Of a DNA stretch of 64,000 nucleotides, positions 17,706 to 28,127 are shown piece by piece. Numbering within the stretch: position 1 is the first letter of the stretch; each line of letters starts with the position of its first letter. The notes under the pieces are model-generated. The model searched no databases and was not told the origin of the DNA. It saw only the letters and a program-made list of their open reading frames with translations. Origin of the DNA: Acidobacteriota bacterium (GTDB lineage Bacteria; Acidobacteriota; Blastocatellia; RBC074). The DNA lies in contig JAFDVI010000012.1 in the NCBI GenBank assembly GCA_018269055.1, forward strand, positions 93,820-157,819, in the 5' to 3' direction. Position numbers and translations under genes: made by a program.

Positions 17706-19403
17706 CTACTTCACGAAATTCAGCCCATGCGGAATGGCGTGCGGAATCACGTATGCAAACAGCATCACGATCAACCCGACGATGGCAGCCAGAATGATGC
17801 TGTGCCGCATCACCGCGCGAAGGATTTTGCCTTCGTTGCCGACCTGTCCTGTGGCGGCAGTGGCCACGACGATGGATTGAGCGTCAATCATCTTACCCAT
17901 TACGCCGCCCGCTGAATTTGCCGAAGCCATCAGAATCGGATCAATCTTGAGTTGTTCGGCGGTAATGCGTTGCAAACTGCCGAACAGAGCGTTTGACGAT
18001 GTGTCACTGCCGGTCAAGGCTACGCCAAGCCAGCCCAGAAACGTGCCGAAGAACGGAAACAGCCAACCCGTTTTGGTAAACGCCAGCCCCAAAACCGCAT
18101 CCATCCCCGAATACCGCGTGACAAATCCAAGTCCCAGCATGCAGACAATTGCCAACACGGCGTATCGCATTCGTTTCAGCGAGTTGAAAAAAATGCTGAA
18201 CAACCTCGCCGGTTTCACTCCCAACAACAATCCCGAAACCAGAGCGGCCAAAAACGCCGCTGTTCCGGTCATGGTCAACCAGTTGAAATCGTATCGGGCG
18301 GCTTCGGGCGTAGATTCGCGCACGACAGGTTTGTCACGAAAAACCTGGTTGTGGAGCATGGGCACATCCCAGCCCGGCGGTCCGGGACGAGGCTTTCCAT
18401 CCGGTAACGTCACGGCGAAGGAAGGAGTCGTTGCGCGGTTCAGGGAATTTTTGATCGAAGGCAATCCCCATAACAACACGAAGATACTCAAAATCAGAAA
18501 CGGCATCCAGGCGCGAAAAACCTGAGCATGTGTGTGAGGTTTATGCTCAGCGGGGTTCGCAATCTCAGTTTCGTGTTTGAATCGCCAGATCGTTTTCGGC
18601 TGCCAGAAGCGAAGGAAAACAAGCATTGTTGACAAACATGCCACCGCTGAAGCGATGTCCACCAAATTGCTGTCCACGTAGTTCGACCACAGAAATTGCG
18701 TGATGGCGAACGAAACTCCGCAGACCAAAATTGCCGGCAACACCTCAATCGTCGCCCGCCACGATGACATGACGCGAACCAACCAAAACGGAACAATCAC
18801 ACTGGTGAACGGCAAAATGCGTCCGGTCATCGCCGACAAATCCGATTCGGGCAACCCGGTCACAGCCGCCAGCGTATGCAGCGGAGTTCCGATGGATCCC
18901 CAGGCGACAGGCGCTGTGTTCGCAATTAAATTCAGAATCGCCGCATTGAAGGGATCAAACCCAAGTCCGATCATAAATGCGCCCGAAATCGCCACCGGAG
19001 CGCCAAAGCCCGCACAACCTTCAACAAAGGCTCCAAAGGCAAACGCTACGAGCAGAGCCTGCAATCGGCGATCTTGCGAAATCGCCGCAACGGAATCCTT
19101 CATGATTTCAAACTGGCCGGTAGCGACTGAAATGTCATACAAAAACACTGCCGCAATGACGATCCAGGCGATTTTCAATCCGAACGCCACGCCGAAAACA
19201 AAGCTCATCGCGGACATTGCAACCGGCATGGTGAACACGGCACTGGCCAAAACGATTGCCAATCCAGCACAAATCATCGCCGCCCATTGCGGGGCCAGGC
19301 CTCTGACAGCGAGTAAATAAAACAGCACAAGGATGGGAATCGCAGCCACCAGTGTGGAAAGCGGCCACCAATGAAGAGGGTCGTAAACTTGTGTCCAGTT
19401 CAT
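17706..19403 (-). CDS. lctP: L-lactate permease (LctP family)
   Basis: MNWTQVYDPLHWWPLSTLVAAIPILVLFYLLAVRGL... closely parallels LldP/LctP N-termini; many TM helices; start chosen at MNWTQ rather than the longer ORF at 19454. Confidence 0.85.
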   Translation of the reverse strand: MNWTQVYDPLHWWPLSTLVAAIPILVLFYLLAVRGLAPQWAAMICAGLAIVLASAVFTMPVAMSAMSFVFGVAFGLKIAWIVIAAVFLYDISVATGQFEIMKDSVAAISQDRRLQALLVAFAFGAFVEGCAGFGAPVAISGAFMIGLGFDPFNAAILNLIANTAPVAWGSIGTPLHTLAAVTGLPESDLSAMTGRILPFTSVIVPFWLVRVMSSWRATIEVLPAILVCGVSFAITQFLWSNYVDSNLVDIASAVACLSTMLVFLRFWQPKTIWRFKHETEIANPAEHKPHTHAQVFRAWMPFLILSIFVLLWGLPSIKNSLNRATTPSFAVTLPDGKPRPGPPGWDVPMLHNQVFRDKPVVRESTPEAARYDFNWLTMTGTAAFLAALVSGLLLGVKPARLFSIFFNSLKRMRYAVLAIVCMLGLGFVTRYSGMDAVLGLAFTKTGWLFPFFGTFLGWLGVALTGSDTSSNALFGSLQRITAEQLKIDPILMASANSAGGVMGKMIDAQSIVVATAATGQVGNEGKILRAVMRHSIILAAIVGLIVMLFAYVIPHAIPHGLNFVK

Positions 19404-19530
19404 GGCGGCGGAGTGTAGCGGTGAAGCAGAATTCTGTAAAACTCGATAGCCCAAAAAAGACAGGCTTCAAACATTTTCCGTGTTTGAAGCCTGTCGGATT
19501 TACAGTACTGCTAGTTTTCTCAGGGGATGC

Positions 19531-19959
19531 TTACACCAGCTTCGCAGTCAGATGAATTTCAGTGCCCGCCAAAGCCTTGGAAACCGGGCAGCCATTTTTG
19601 GCATCGAGCGCCGTTTTTTGAAACGTCGCATCATCAATGCCGGAAATTTCGGCTTCGGTTTCCAGATCAATTCGGGTGATCGAAAACGCTTCGCCGACTT
19701 TTTCCAGCTTTACTTTTGCGTTGGTGTGAATGCGCGTTGGAGTAATCCCTGCGCGGGAAAGTTGTGCCGTCAGCGCCATCGTGAAGCAACCGGCGTGCGC
19801 TGCGCCGATCAACTCTTCCGGGTTTGTGGCGGATTGGCCTTCTTCAAACCGCGATTTGAAGGAATAGGGTCCTTCAAACGCGCCGCTGCCGACAGCCAGG
19901 CGCCCGCTTCCCTCGATCAGGTTCCCCTTCCATTCTGCTTCTGCTTTATGTGTTGGCAT
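19531..19959 (-). CDS. osmC: OsmC/Ohr-family peroxiredoxin
   Basis: 142 aa with GAAHAGCFTMAL and GCPVSKAL, the conserved Cys pair of OsmC. Confidence 0.85.
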   Translation of the reverse strand: MPTHKAEAEWKGNLIEGSGRLAVGSGAFEGPYSFKSRFEEGQSATNPEELIGAAHAGCFTMALTAQLSRAGITPTRIHTNAKVKLEKVGEAFSITRIDLETEAEISGIDDATFQKTALDAKNGCPVSKALAGTEIHLTAKLV

Positions 19960-20082
19960 GAAATTCTCCTCGGATTGTTGATGAGTTTTGTGTTGATGGC
20001 GATTGCGATGCAGTCGCCATCAGCCGTTGACGCCCAAGGATGCACTCTGACCAATGAAAAACGCAATCAGTGCTTCGCGTTC

Positions 20083-20838
20083 TTAAACTTGCGCCATCCC
20101 ACCATCAACAAACAACTCTATCCCGGTGACAAAACTGCTGTCGTCCGAGGCCAGAAAGACTGCGGCTTTGGCAATTTCGTCAGAAGTTCCCATACGTCCA
20201 AGCGGCACACCTGCAATCAGCCCAGCCTTTATCTGATCAGCTTGAACATTGATATTCGCCGCCAGTCCGTCAAGTGCAGGCGTTTCAACCGGCCCCGGGC
20301 TGATGACATTGACACGAATCTGCCGTTGCTTCAGGTCGGTAGTCCAGCTTCTGGCGAACGAACGTACCGCCGCTTTGGTCGCGCTGTACACGCTGAAGTT
20401 TTCCAGTCCCTTGCTCGATGCGATGGAAGCGTTCAGGATGACGGAAGCGCCGTCCGGCAATAACGGCAAAGCTTTTTGCACAGTGAACAGCACACCTTTG
20501 ACATTGATCCCAAAGGTCTTGTCGAAATGCTCTTCGGTGATTTCGCCCAGTCGAGCAAACTCCCCTCCGCCAGCATTCGCAAACAAAACGTCAACTCGCC
20601 CCGCTTTCCGTTTGACGGTATCGAATAACCGATCCAGATCATCAAGCTTGGACACATCCCCTTGAATTGCCGTGACATTTCCGCCGATCAGTTTGACTGC
20701 CTCGCCCAATTCGTTTTGGCGACGCCCAGTGATGAACACCTGCGCGCCTTCTTCAACAAATCGTTTGGCGGTTGCCAGACCAATGCCGCTATTTCCGCCA
20801 GTGATAACCGCAACTTTCCCCTCAAGTTTCTTCGACAT
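20083..20838 (-). CDS. SDR-family NAD(P)-dependent oxidoreductase
   Basis: MSKKLEGKVAVITGGNSGIGLATAKRF (TGxxxGIG cofactor motif); YSATK catalytic motif; strong RBS GAAGGAGGG. Confidence 0.9.
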   Translation of the reverse strand: MSKKLEGKVAVITGGNSGIGLATAKRFVEEGAQVFITGRRQNELGEAVKLIGGNVTAIQGDVSKLDDLDRLFDTVKRKAGRVDVLFANAGGGEFARLGEITEEHFDKTFGINVKGVLFTVQKALPLLPDGASVILNASIASSKGLENFSVYSATKAAVRSFARSWTTDLKQRQIRVNVISPGPVETPALDGLAANINVQADQIKAGLIAGVPLGRMGTSDEIAKAAVFLASDDSSFVTGIELFVDGGMAQV

Positions 20839-20909
20839 AAACTCTCCCTCCTTCAATTTGAACCTCTGTTGATTATCAATTTTCAGCTTCTCGAATTCGT
20901 GTTTCCGAG

Positions 20910-21644
20910 TTACCAGGGCAGCGTTTGCCCCAAATGGAAATACCCGCCGGTTGGGCCGTCGCTTGGTAATGTCGCCAATTGAACTGAGGTCTTTGCGCCG
21001 TCTTCAACTTCCAATGGAGCCATTTCACCGCCCATATCGGTTTTCACCCAGCCCGGATGCGCAGCGTTGACTTTTACCGACGTGTCTTTCAATTCATTGG
21101 CCAGATTCACTGTGAACATGTTCAGCGCCGATTTCGAAGCGTTATAAGCCGAACCTGAACTGGAAGAACCGGCGATCGGCGATTTTGGATCGGAATGAAG
21201 CGCCAGCGATCCCAAAATGCTGGTCAGGTTGACGATGCGTCCGGCATCGCTCTTTTTGACCAGCGGCAGCAGTTTTTGTGTCAGCGAAACCAGATTGAAT
21301 ACATTGGTTTCAAAGGTTGCGCGCCAATGTTCCAATGTGCCTTGCGATGCGGAAATTCCAAAGTCCTTCGCAATTCCCGCGTTATTAATCAGAATGTCCA
21401 GCTTGCCGAATTTATCCGCGATGAATTTGGCTGCGTTTTCCTGAGACCCAACATCATTGACATCCAACTGTAAAAATTGAACATCCAGGCCTTCGGCTTT
21501 CAACTTGTTCGCGGCTTCGGCTCCGCGCTGCTCATCTCGTGCGGCCAACAAAACTGTGACGTTTTTGGCGGCCAACTGGCGAACCGTTTCAAACCCAATG
21601 CCTTTGTTGGCTCCTGTGACCAGCGCAATTTTTTTCGAACTCAT
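20910..21644 (-). CDS. SDR-family oxidoreductase (carbonyl-reductase-like)
   Basis: MSSKKIALVTGANKGIGFETVRQL; YNASK catalytic motif; start could also be ATG 21656 (MEGRM...). Confidence 0.85.
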   Translation of the reverse strand: MSSKKIALVTGANKGIGFETVRQLAAKNVTVLLAARDEQRGAEAANKLKAEGLDVQFLQLDVNDVGSQENAAKFIADKFGKLDILINNAGIAKDFGISASQGTLEHWRATFETNVFNLVSLTQKLLPLVKKSDAGRIVNLTSILGSLALHSDPKSPIAGSSSSGSAYNASKSALNMFTVNLANELKDTSVKVNAAHPGWVKTDMGGEMAPLEVEDGAKTSVQLATLPSDGPTGGYFHLGQTLPW

Positions 21645-21753
21645 TCTTCCCTCCATTGGTTTTTTGCCTCTTTTTTCATATCGTTTTCCCGCCCTGTTAA
21701 TTCTTGCCTGAAAATGAGAAATACGATACGCTACGTTTCGATTTGAAAAATAC

Positions 21754-22395
21754 GTGGGAGATGATGAAGTGTCAAGCAAAATTTTGTCAAAGATTGAAGA
21801 AAGTCCGGGCGAGGCCTGTGAATCGAAACAGCCCGGCCGCCCTCGCTGCCCGCTGACGCATCAGAATATCCTGAAGGCTGCCCGCGAATTGGTGGAGGAA
21901 GTCGGATTTGACAGCCTGACGATTGAAGGAATCGCGGCGCGCGCGGGTGTCGGCAAAACAACCATTTACCGGCGCTGGCCGAACAAGGCGAACATTGTCC
22001 TGGACGCGTTCTTCGAAGATCTTGTTCCTTCCGTTTCCTTTTCCGATACAGGCAATGTGCGCGAAGATATGCGCCGCCACCTCAAAAAATTCGTCAAAGA
22101 GTTGAATGGGCCGCTGGGGTGCAAGATTTCAATGCTGTTGGCAAACGGACAATTTGATGAAGAAATGGCCGACGCGTTTCGCTTGCAATGGATCGAACCT
22201 CGACGCGATGAGGCTCGGCAAGTCATAGAGCGTGGCATCGAACGCGGCGAAATCCATCAGAAGGTTGATCCCGATTTACTGATAGACGCATTGTACGGGC
22301 CGATTTATTTTCGCTTGCTGGCGGGTCATGCTCCACTGACACCGAGCTTCGCGGAATCATTGACGGAATTGGTAATGAGTGGCCTCGACGGTTAG
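21754..22395 (+). CDS. TetR/AcrR-family transcriptional regulator
   Basis: HTH LTIEGIAARAGVGKTTIYRRWPNKANIV; divergent from the SDR gene; GTG start. Confidence 0.85.
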   Translation: MGDDEVSSKILSKIEESPGEACESKQPGRPRCPLTHQNILKAARELVEEVGFDSLTIEGIAARAGVGKTTIYRRWPNKANIVLDAFFEDLVPSVSFSDTGNVREDMRRHLKKFVKELNGPLGCKISMLLANGQFDEEMADAFRLQWIEPRRDEARQVIERGIERGEIHQKVDPDLLIDALYGPIYFRLLAGHAPLTPSFAESLTELVMSGLDG

Positions 22396-22526
22396 TGATG
22401 ATATCAACAACAAAACAGCGCTTCGCCAAAGTTGTAACCATCCGCCAATGCAATCGTCTATCTAAATGCATTAAATTTACATCCGCACCTTCACAGAATC
22501 TGTGAATTCAACTCAAAGGAGAGTTT

Positions 22527-23570
22527 TTGATGAAACGCCTATCGGGCCTGTTTTGTCTCTTATTGGCTTTTCCCGTAGCCGGTCTGGCTCAAGATCGGCC
22601 AGCGTCGGAGGAAGCATTGTTGCAGCGCATACGCGCTCTGGAAGAGCGTTTATCCACCATGGAGCTTTCGCTGACCAAAGACATTGACGACGCGTTGTGG
22701 TTTCAACGAATGAGCGACATCGCCATTGTGGACAAAGTCAGTTATGCAGGGCCGGCTCCACGCGTGATTCCGAACCCAACCGGACAAGGCGCAGGAAATC
22801 CCGTCATCATCCGCGCCTTTACTTTCATCCCGAAAAAATACGCAACGGCCAAAATCCCTTTGCTGGTGTATGTCCACGGCGGAGTTCACGGCGATTTCAA
22901 CAACTCTTCACTTCACATCATTCGCGAACTGGTCGAACAGGGCTACGCCATCATCGCACCGGATTATCGCGGCAGCACGGGCTACGGTCGCGGCTTCTGG
23001 CAATTGATTGATTACGGCGGATTGGAAAATGACGACGTGCTGGCCGGAAAGCGCTGGATGCTGGAAAACCATTCGAACCTTGACCCGCAACGCGTGGGAA
23101 TCCTGGGGTGGAGCCACGGTGGAATGATCACATTGATGAACATTTTCAACTGGCCTCAGGAGTATAAAGTCGCTTACGCAGGAGTTCCTGTCAGTGATCT
23201 GATTGCTCGAATGGGGTACAAAAGTCAGGGCTACCGCGATCTGTACTCTGCTCCCTATCATCTGGGCAAAACTGCTGAACAAAACGTCAACGAATACAAA
23301 CGCCGCTCCCCGGCCTGGAATGCGGAAAAGCTGCAAACGCCCCTGCTGATTCACACCAACACCAACGACGAAGACGTCAACGTGCTGGAAGTCGAGCATC
23401 TGATTCAGGCGCTGAAAGCCGCGGGCAAAAAGTTTGAATACAAGATTTACGAAAACGCTCCGGGCGGACACATTTTCAATCGGATTGACACCAAACTGGC
23501 GCAGGACTCGCGCGCGGAAATCTGGCGCTTCCTGGCAGGGTATTTGAATCCGCCGAACCCAGTGAAGTAA
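22527..23570 (+). CDS. Exported S9-family alpha/beta-hydrolase (prolyl oligopeptidase/dienelactone-hydrolase-like)
   Basis: Signal peptide MMKRLSGLFCLLLAFPVAGLAQ; nucleophile elbow GWSHGG; YVHGGVHGDF oxyanion region; RBS AAAGGAGAG. Confidence 0.8.
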   Translation: MMKRLSGLFCLLLAFPVAGLAQDRPASEEALLQRIRALEERLSTMELSLTKDIDDALWFQRMSDIAIVDKVSYAGPAPRVIPNPTGQGAGNPVIIRAFTFIPKKYATAKIPLLVYVHGGVHGDFNNSSLHIIRELVEQGYAIIAPDYRGSTGYGRGFWQLIDYGGLENDDVLAGKRWMLENHSNLDPQRVGILGWSHGGMITLMNIFNWPQEYKVAYAGVPVSDLIARMGYKSQGYRDLYSAPYHLGKTAEQNVNEYKRRSPAWNAEKLQTPLLIHTNTNDEDVNVLEVEHLIQALKAAGKKFEYKIYENAPGGHIFNRIDTKLAQDSRAEIWRFLAGYLNPPNPVK

Positions 23571-23576
23571 TTGTAA

Positions 23577-23656
23577 GTAGAGCAACCTGCCGAGGTTGCT
23601 CCGATTTCGCCAAAGATGCTTTACGTCCGCAATAAGCAACCTTGGCAGGTTGCTCT
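23577..23656. repeat. Pair of near-identical palindromic (REP-like) hairpins in an intergenic region
   Basis: GTAGAGCAACCTGCCGAGGTTGCTC at ~23577-23601 and AGCAACCTTGGCAGGTTGCTCTAC at ~23633-23656; each is a 9-bp stem hairpin and the two copies are also mutual reverse complements. Confidence 0.7.
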
Positions 23657-24625
23657 ACCATTTCTGAGAAATTGATGCCAACAAAGATTCTGCTTTTTGC
23701 TTTTCTCCTGCTCGGCTTAATCGGCTGGCAATCCGCGAGACCCACACGACCGAAGCTGCTGGGCGTCGCGCACATGGCCTTGAGCGTCAGCGACGTTGAA
23801 AAAACGCGCGGATTTTACAAGGACTTTCTCGGCTTTGAAGAACCGTATGATTTGAAAAACCCAGACGGATCGCTGGCGATGACGTTTATCAAAGTCAACG
23901 ACCAGCAGTACGTCGAACTCTTTCCGGGATACAAAGCCGGTGAAGACCGATTGCGCCACATTTCGTTTTACACCGACAATGCCGAACAGTTGCGGCAATA
24001 CTTGAAAGCCAAAGGCGTCGCCGTGCCGGACAAGGTCAATAAGGTTCGCATTGGCAACACCAGTTTCAACGCCCAAGACCCCGAAGGACACACCGTCGAA
24101 TTCACGCAATACGAACCGGCGGGTTGGACAATGCGCGAACATGGGAAGTTCATTGGCAAACAGCGAATTTCCGCGCGCATTATGCATCTGGGCATCATCA
24201 TTGGGGATGTTCCTGCCGCAATGAGTTTTTATCACGACACGCTCGGCTTCACGGAATTCTGGCGAGGCAATGCGCGCGGCACCGATACCGTTTCGTGGAT
24301 CAACATGCGGTTGCCGGATAGTCCCGATTACATAGAGTTTATGCTTTACGCCAACAAACCCGCGCCCGGCGCGCGCACTTCGCAGCATCACATTTGCCTG
24401 GAAGTTCCCGACATTCAAAAAGCTCTGGCGCAACTGGAAGCCAGCCCGGCGCGCAAACAGTACACGCGCCCGCTGGAAATTCGCACGGGAGTGAATCAAC
24501 GCCGCCAGTTGAATTTGTTTGATCCCGACGGCACGCGCATTGAGTTGATGGAACCGCACACAGTGGATGGCAATCCACCGCCTTCGTCAACGTCGCCGTT
24601 GCCGGTGGTCAAAAAGGCTTCATAG
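23642..24625 (+). CDS. Two-domain VOC (glyoxalase/bleomycin-resistance/dioxygenase) family protein, probably exported
   Basis: LGVAHMALSVSDVEKTRGFYKDFLGFEE and HLGIIIGDVPAAMSFYHDTLGFTEF are duplicated VOC betaalphabetabetabeta modules; possible start at 23675 gives signal peptide MPTKILLFAFLLLGLIGW. Confidence 0.75.
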   Translation: MAGCSTISEKLMPTKILLFAFLLLGLIGWQSARPTRPKLLGVAHMALSVSDVEKTRGFYKDFLGFEEPYDLKNPDGSLAMTFIKVNDQQYVELFPGYKAGEDRLRHISFYTDNAEQLRQYLKAKGVAVPDKVNKVRIGNTSFNAQDPEGHTVEFTQYEPAGWTMREHGKFIGKQRISARIMHLGIIIGDVPAAMSFYHDTLGFTEFWRGNARGTDTVSWINMRLPDSPDYIEFMLYANKPAPGARTSQHHICLEVPDIQKALAQLEASPARKQYTRPLEIRTGVNQRRQLNLFDPDGTRIELMEPHTVDGNPPPSSTSPLPVVKKAS

Positions 24626-24689
24626 TTTTCAAATTCCAACCCAAGTTACCCAATGAACCAAGCGATCTTTTTTCGTGGAGGACACTAAC

Positions 24690-27600
24690 GTGAAATTGCT
24701 TCGTGCTTTTCTAACGGCAGTGCTGTTTGGCACTGCTCTTTCCATCGCGCTCCATACAGCGAGCGCTCAAGGCCGTAGAGGCGGCGGACAAGGCGGGCCT
24801 CCGGGCGGAGGGCAGCTTGGTGAAGGCGGGCCAGAACGTCCAACAGACCCGATGTCTACGCCGACGTTCAACGGACTGCGATTTCGTTCGATTGGCCCGG
24901 CAGTCGTCGGCGGACGCGTTAATGGATTTGCCGTTGATCCGAACGATCGCGCGAAATACTTCATTGCCGTCGCTTCGGGCGGAGTTTGGAAAACTGTCAA
25001 TGCCGGAACCACCTGGACGCCAGTGTTCGACAACTACGGTTCGTATTCGATTGGCGCGATTGCGCTCGATCCAAATAACGCGTCGGTATTGTGGGTGGGA
25101 ACCGGCGAATACAATTCGCAACGCAGTGTCGGTTATGGCGATGGCGTGTACAAATCTGAAGACGGCGGACGCAGTTTCCGCAAAGTCGGGCTGGATAAAT
25201 CCGAACATATTGGCAAGATCGCGATTGATCCGCGCGATAGCAAAATTGTGTACGTCGCTGCGCAAGGGCCGTTGTGGTCCGCGGGCGGAGATCGCGGGTT
25301 ATACAAGACCACAGATGGCGGCAAAACCTGGAAAGCCGTGCTTTCAATCAGCGAAAACACCGGCGTGACGGATGTCGTGCTCGATCCGTCGAATCCCGAC
25401 ACCGTGTATGCCGCCAGTTGGCAACGCCGCCGCCACTTTTACACCTTGATTGACGGCGGCCCTGAAAGCGCGATTCATAAATCCACGGACGGCGGAGCGA
25501 CCTGGACGAAGCTGCGCGGCGGATTGCCGGCAGGTGATCTTGGCCGTATTGGTCTGGCAATTTCCCCCGTTGATCCCAACGTCGTGTATGCGACCGTCGA
25601 AGCCGCCGCACAGGGCAGCGGCATTTATCGTTCCGCTGACAAAGGCGCAACCTGGGAACGAACCAGCCCCACCATCGCGCAAGGCATGTATTACGGCCAG
25701 ATCATCGCCGATCCGAAAAACGTGGATCGCATCTACATTCCAAACGTGGTTTTTCAGGTTTCGGATGATGGCGGCAGAACGCAGCGCCCCTTGGGCGAAC
25801 GTCTGAAACACGTAGACAACCACGCCATCTGGGTTGATCCGCACAACACGAATTACATGCTGGTTGGTTGCGATGGCGGCGTGTATGAAAGCCATGACAA
25901 AGGTGCGAATTGGCACTTCAAATCCAATTTGCCCATTGCGCAGTTTTATGACGTAGACCTTGACCAGCAATCGCCGTTTTATTTTGTGTACGGCGGAACG
26001 CAGGACAACAACTCACTGGGCGGCCCGGCCAGAACACGTAGCGCCGCCGGGATTCCCAATTCTGACTGGTTTACGACCAATGGCGGCGACGGGTTCACTT
26101 CGCGCATTGACCCTGAAGACCCGAACACAATTTACGCCGAAAGTCAGAACGGCGGCTTGGTGCGATTCAATAAGTTGACAGGTGAACGCACCAGCATCGC
26201 TCCTATTCCGGGCAAATCGGAAGAGTCCCAACGTTACAACTGGGATTCGCCAGTGATTATCAGCCCGCATAACAGCAAACGGCTGTATTTTGGAGGTCAC
26301 AAATTGTTCCGCAGCGACAACCGCGGCGACGATTGGAAAGCCATCAGCGGCGATCTGTCGCGCGGATTGGATCGAGACAAACTGCCCGTGTTCGGCAAAA
26401 TCTGGGGGCCTGACGCCATTGCCAAACACCAATCCACAGCACTGTATGGCAATGCATCCACGATTTCGGAATCACCAAAAAAAGAAGGCTTGATTTACGT
26501 CGGCACCGACGACGGATTGCTGAACATAACCGAAGACGGCGGCAAAACCTGGCGCAAAGTCGAAAAGGTATTGGAAGTTCCCGAAGGCTGCTACGTGCAT
26601 CGCGTGCTGGCTTCGCAGCACGACGCCAACACTGTGTACGCGCTCTACAACAATCACCAAAACGGCGATTTCAAACCGTATCCGGTGAAAAGCACGGACG
26701 CCGGAAAAACCTGGACGCTGATCAATGGCAATTTGCCCGAACGCGGTTCGGTGTATGCCATCGCCGAAGACACAGTGAACCCGAACCTGCTGTTCATCGG
26801 CACAGAGTTCGGCATCTTCTTCACAGTGGACGGCGGCACGAAATGGATACAGTTGAAAGGCGGATTGCCGACCATCGCCGTACGCGACATTGCCATTCAC
26901 AAACGCGAAAACGATTTAGTGATCGCAACCTTTGGCCGAGGCTTTTATGTGCTCGATGATTATTCCCCGCTTCGGGGCGTGAAGGCCGAAGTGCTGGCGC
27001 AGGAATCCAATCTGTTCCCCGTCAAGGATGCGCTGATGTACATCCGTTCTTCCGCCACCATTGGCAGTCAGGGAGCTTCACAATATCTGGCGCAAAACCC
27101 TGCGTATGGGGCGACAGTGACGTATTACCTGAAAGATCCGATTCGCACGAAGCGTCAACTTCGCCAAACCGCCGAGCGCGAAGTCACACGCAAAAACGAA
27201 CCAATCAAATATCCGACGCGACAGGAATTGCGTGAGGAAACCGAAGAGGAAGCGCCCGCTTTACTGTTCACCATTACCGATGCCAAAGGTGAAGTCGTCC
27301 GCCGGTTGACGGCTCCGGCATTGCCCGGCATTCAGCGCGTCGTATGGGATTTTCGCTACGCGCCGCCAATCGTCCAGGCTGCGCCGCAATTGCCTCCGGG
27401 AATTGAAATCGAAGGCGGCGCAGGCGGCGGCTTCGGCGGGTTCGGCCCGCAAGGCGAATTGGCTATGCCGGGCAAATACACTGTGACCATGGCCAAACGT
27501 GTTAACGGCATCATCACTCCTCTGCCCGGTACCCAAAGTTTTAACGTCGTTGCCGAAGGCACGGAAAAGATGACTCCGCAGGATCGCACGATCCTGGCTG

Positions 27601-28049
27601 AGTTCCAGCGCAAAGTCGTCAAATTACAACGCGCCGTCGCTGGCGCTATGGATGCCGCAAACAGCGCCAAAACGAAACTCGGGTTGATGAAACGCGCTGC
27701 CCTGGAAGCTCCCGGTTCAAATCAAACCTTGCTCAACGAAGTCAACGCTGTTGACGACAAAGCCGATGAGGTATTGCAAGCCTTGCGCGGAGGTCGTGAG
27801 TTGACGGACATTCCGCCGCCTTCGATCAATCAACGCGTCAATGCCATTTCGCAGCGCATCCGCATGTCGGCTCTGCGCCCCACGCAAACTCAGCAAGAGC
27901 AATACGCCATTGCCGCCGAGGATTTCAAAGCGGTCATGGTCAAGCTCAAAACTCTGGTGGACATGGATTTGCCCAAACTGGAAAAGGGATTGGAGGGTGC
28001 AGGCGCTCCATGGAGCGCAGGTCGCTTGCCCGTCTGGCCTGACAAATAA
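24690..28049 (+). CDS. Large secreted BNR/Asp-box (sortilin/VPS10 or GH74-like) beta-propeller protein
   Basis: Signal peptide; repeated S/T-x-D-G-G-x-T/S-W motifs (SEDGGRSF, TTDGGKTW, STDGGATW, SADKGATW, TEDGGKTW, STDAGKTW, TVDGGTKW); GGAGG RBS before GTG 24690. Confidence 0.8.
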   Translation: MKLLRAFLTAVLFGTALSIALHTASAQGRRGGGQGGPPGGGQLGEGGPERPTDPMSTPTFNGLRFRSIGPAVVGGRVNGFAVDPNDRAKYFIAVASGGVWKTVNAGTTWTPVFDNYGSYSIGAIALDPNNASVLWVGTGEYNSQRSVGYGDGVYKSEDGGRSFRKVGLDKSEHIGKIAIDPRDSKIVYVAAQGPLWSAGGDRGLYKTTDGGKTWKAVLSISENTGVTDVVLDPSNPDTVYAASWQRRRHFYTLIDGGPESAIHKSTDGGATWTKLRGGLPAGDLGRIGLAISPVDPNVVYATVEAAAQGSGIYRSADKGATWERTSPTIAQGMYYGQIIADPKNVDRIYIPNVVFQVSDDGGRTQRPLGERLKHVDNHAIWVDPHNTNYMLVGCDGGVYESHDKGANWHFKSNLPIAQFYDVDLDQQSPFYFVYGGTQDNNSLGGPARTRSAAGIPNSDWFTTNGGDGFTSRIDPEDPNTIYAESQNGGLVRFNKLTGERTSIAPIPGKSEESQRYNWDSPVIISPHNSKRLYFGGHKLFRSDNRGDDWKAISGDLSRGLDRDKLPVFGKIWGPDAIAKHQSTALYGNASTISESPKKEGLIYVGTDDGLLNITEDGGKTWRKVEKVLEVPEGCYVHRVLASQHDANTVYALYNNHQNGDFKPYPVKSTDAGKTWTLINGNLPERGSVYAIAEDTVNPNLLFIGTEFGIFFTVDGGTKWIQLKGGLPTIAVRDIAIHKRENDLVIATFGRGFYVLDDYSPLRGVKAEVLAQESNLFPVKDALMYIRSSATIGSQGASQYLAQNPAYGATVTYYLKDPIRTKRQLRQTAEREVTRKNEPIKYPTRQELREETEEEAPALLFTITDAKGEVVRRLTAPALPGIQRVVWDFRYAPPIVQAAPQLPPGIEIEGGAGGGFGGFGPQGELAMPGKYTVTMAKRVNGIITPLPGTQSFNVVAEGTEKMTPQDRTILAEFQRKVVKLQRAVAGAMDAANSAKTKLGLMKRAALEAPGSNQTLLNEVNAVDDKADEVLQALRGGRELTDIPPPSINQRVNAISQRIRMSALRPTQTQQEQYAIAAEDFKAVMVKLKTLVDMDLPKLEKGLEGAGAPWSAGRLPVWPDK

Positions 28050-28127
28050 TCAACTCTGACAAATCAATTGACAGGATCGACGGCCGCAGCTTCAATTGCA
28101 GCGACCGTTGATCCTGTTTTGATATGA

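Noticed and set aside
19480-20463. 327-aa plus-strand ORF spanning the OsmC and SDR genes
   Set aside because: It overlaps two well-supported minus-strand genes and crosses their intergenic region. It has no motifs and is a likely spurious long ORF.
21657-21753. Possible TetR operator palindrome in the SDR/TetR divergent region (AAATACG direct repeats, ACGATACG...CGTTTCGAT)
   Set aside because: Only imperfect symmetry could be established by eye. It is too weak to call a specific operator without alignment to orthologous promoters.
22908-24559. 243-aa and 280-aa minus-strand ORFs antisense to the S9 hydrolase and VOC genes
   Set aside because: The sense-strand products have clear catalytic motifs (GWSHGG and VOC modules). 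The antisense frames are Arg/Val-rich shadows.
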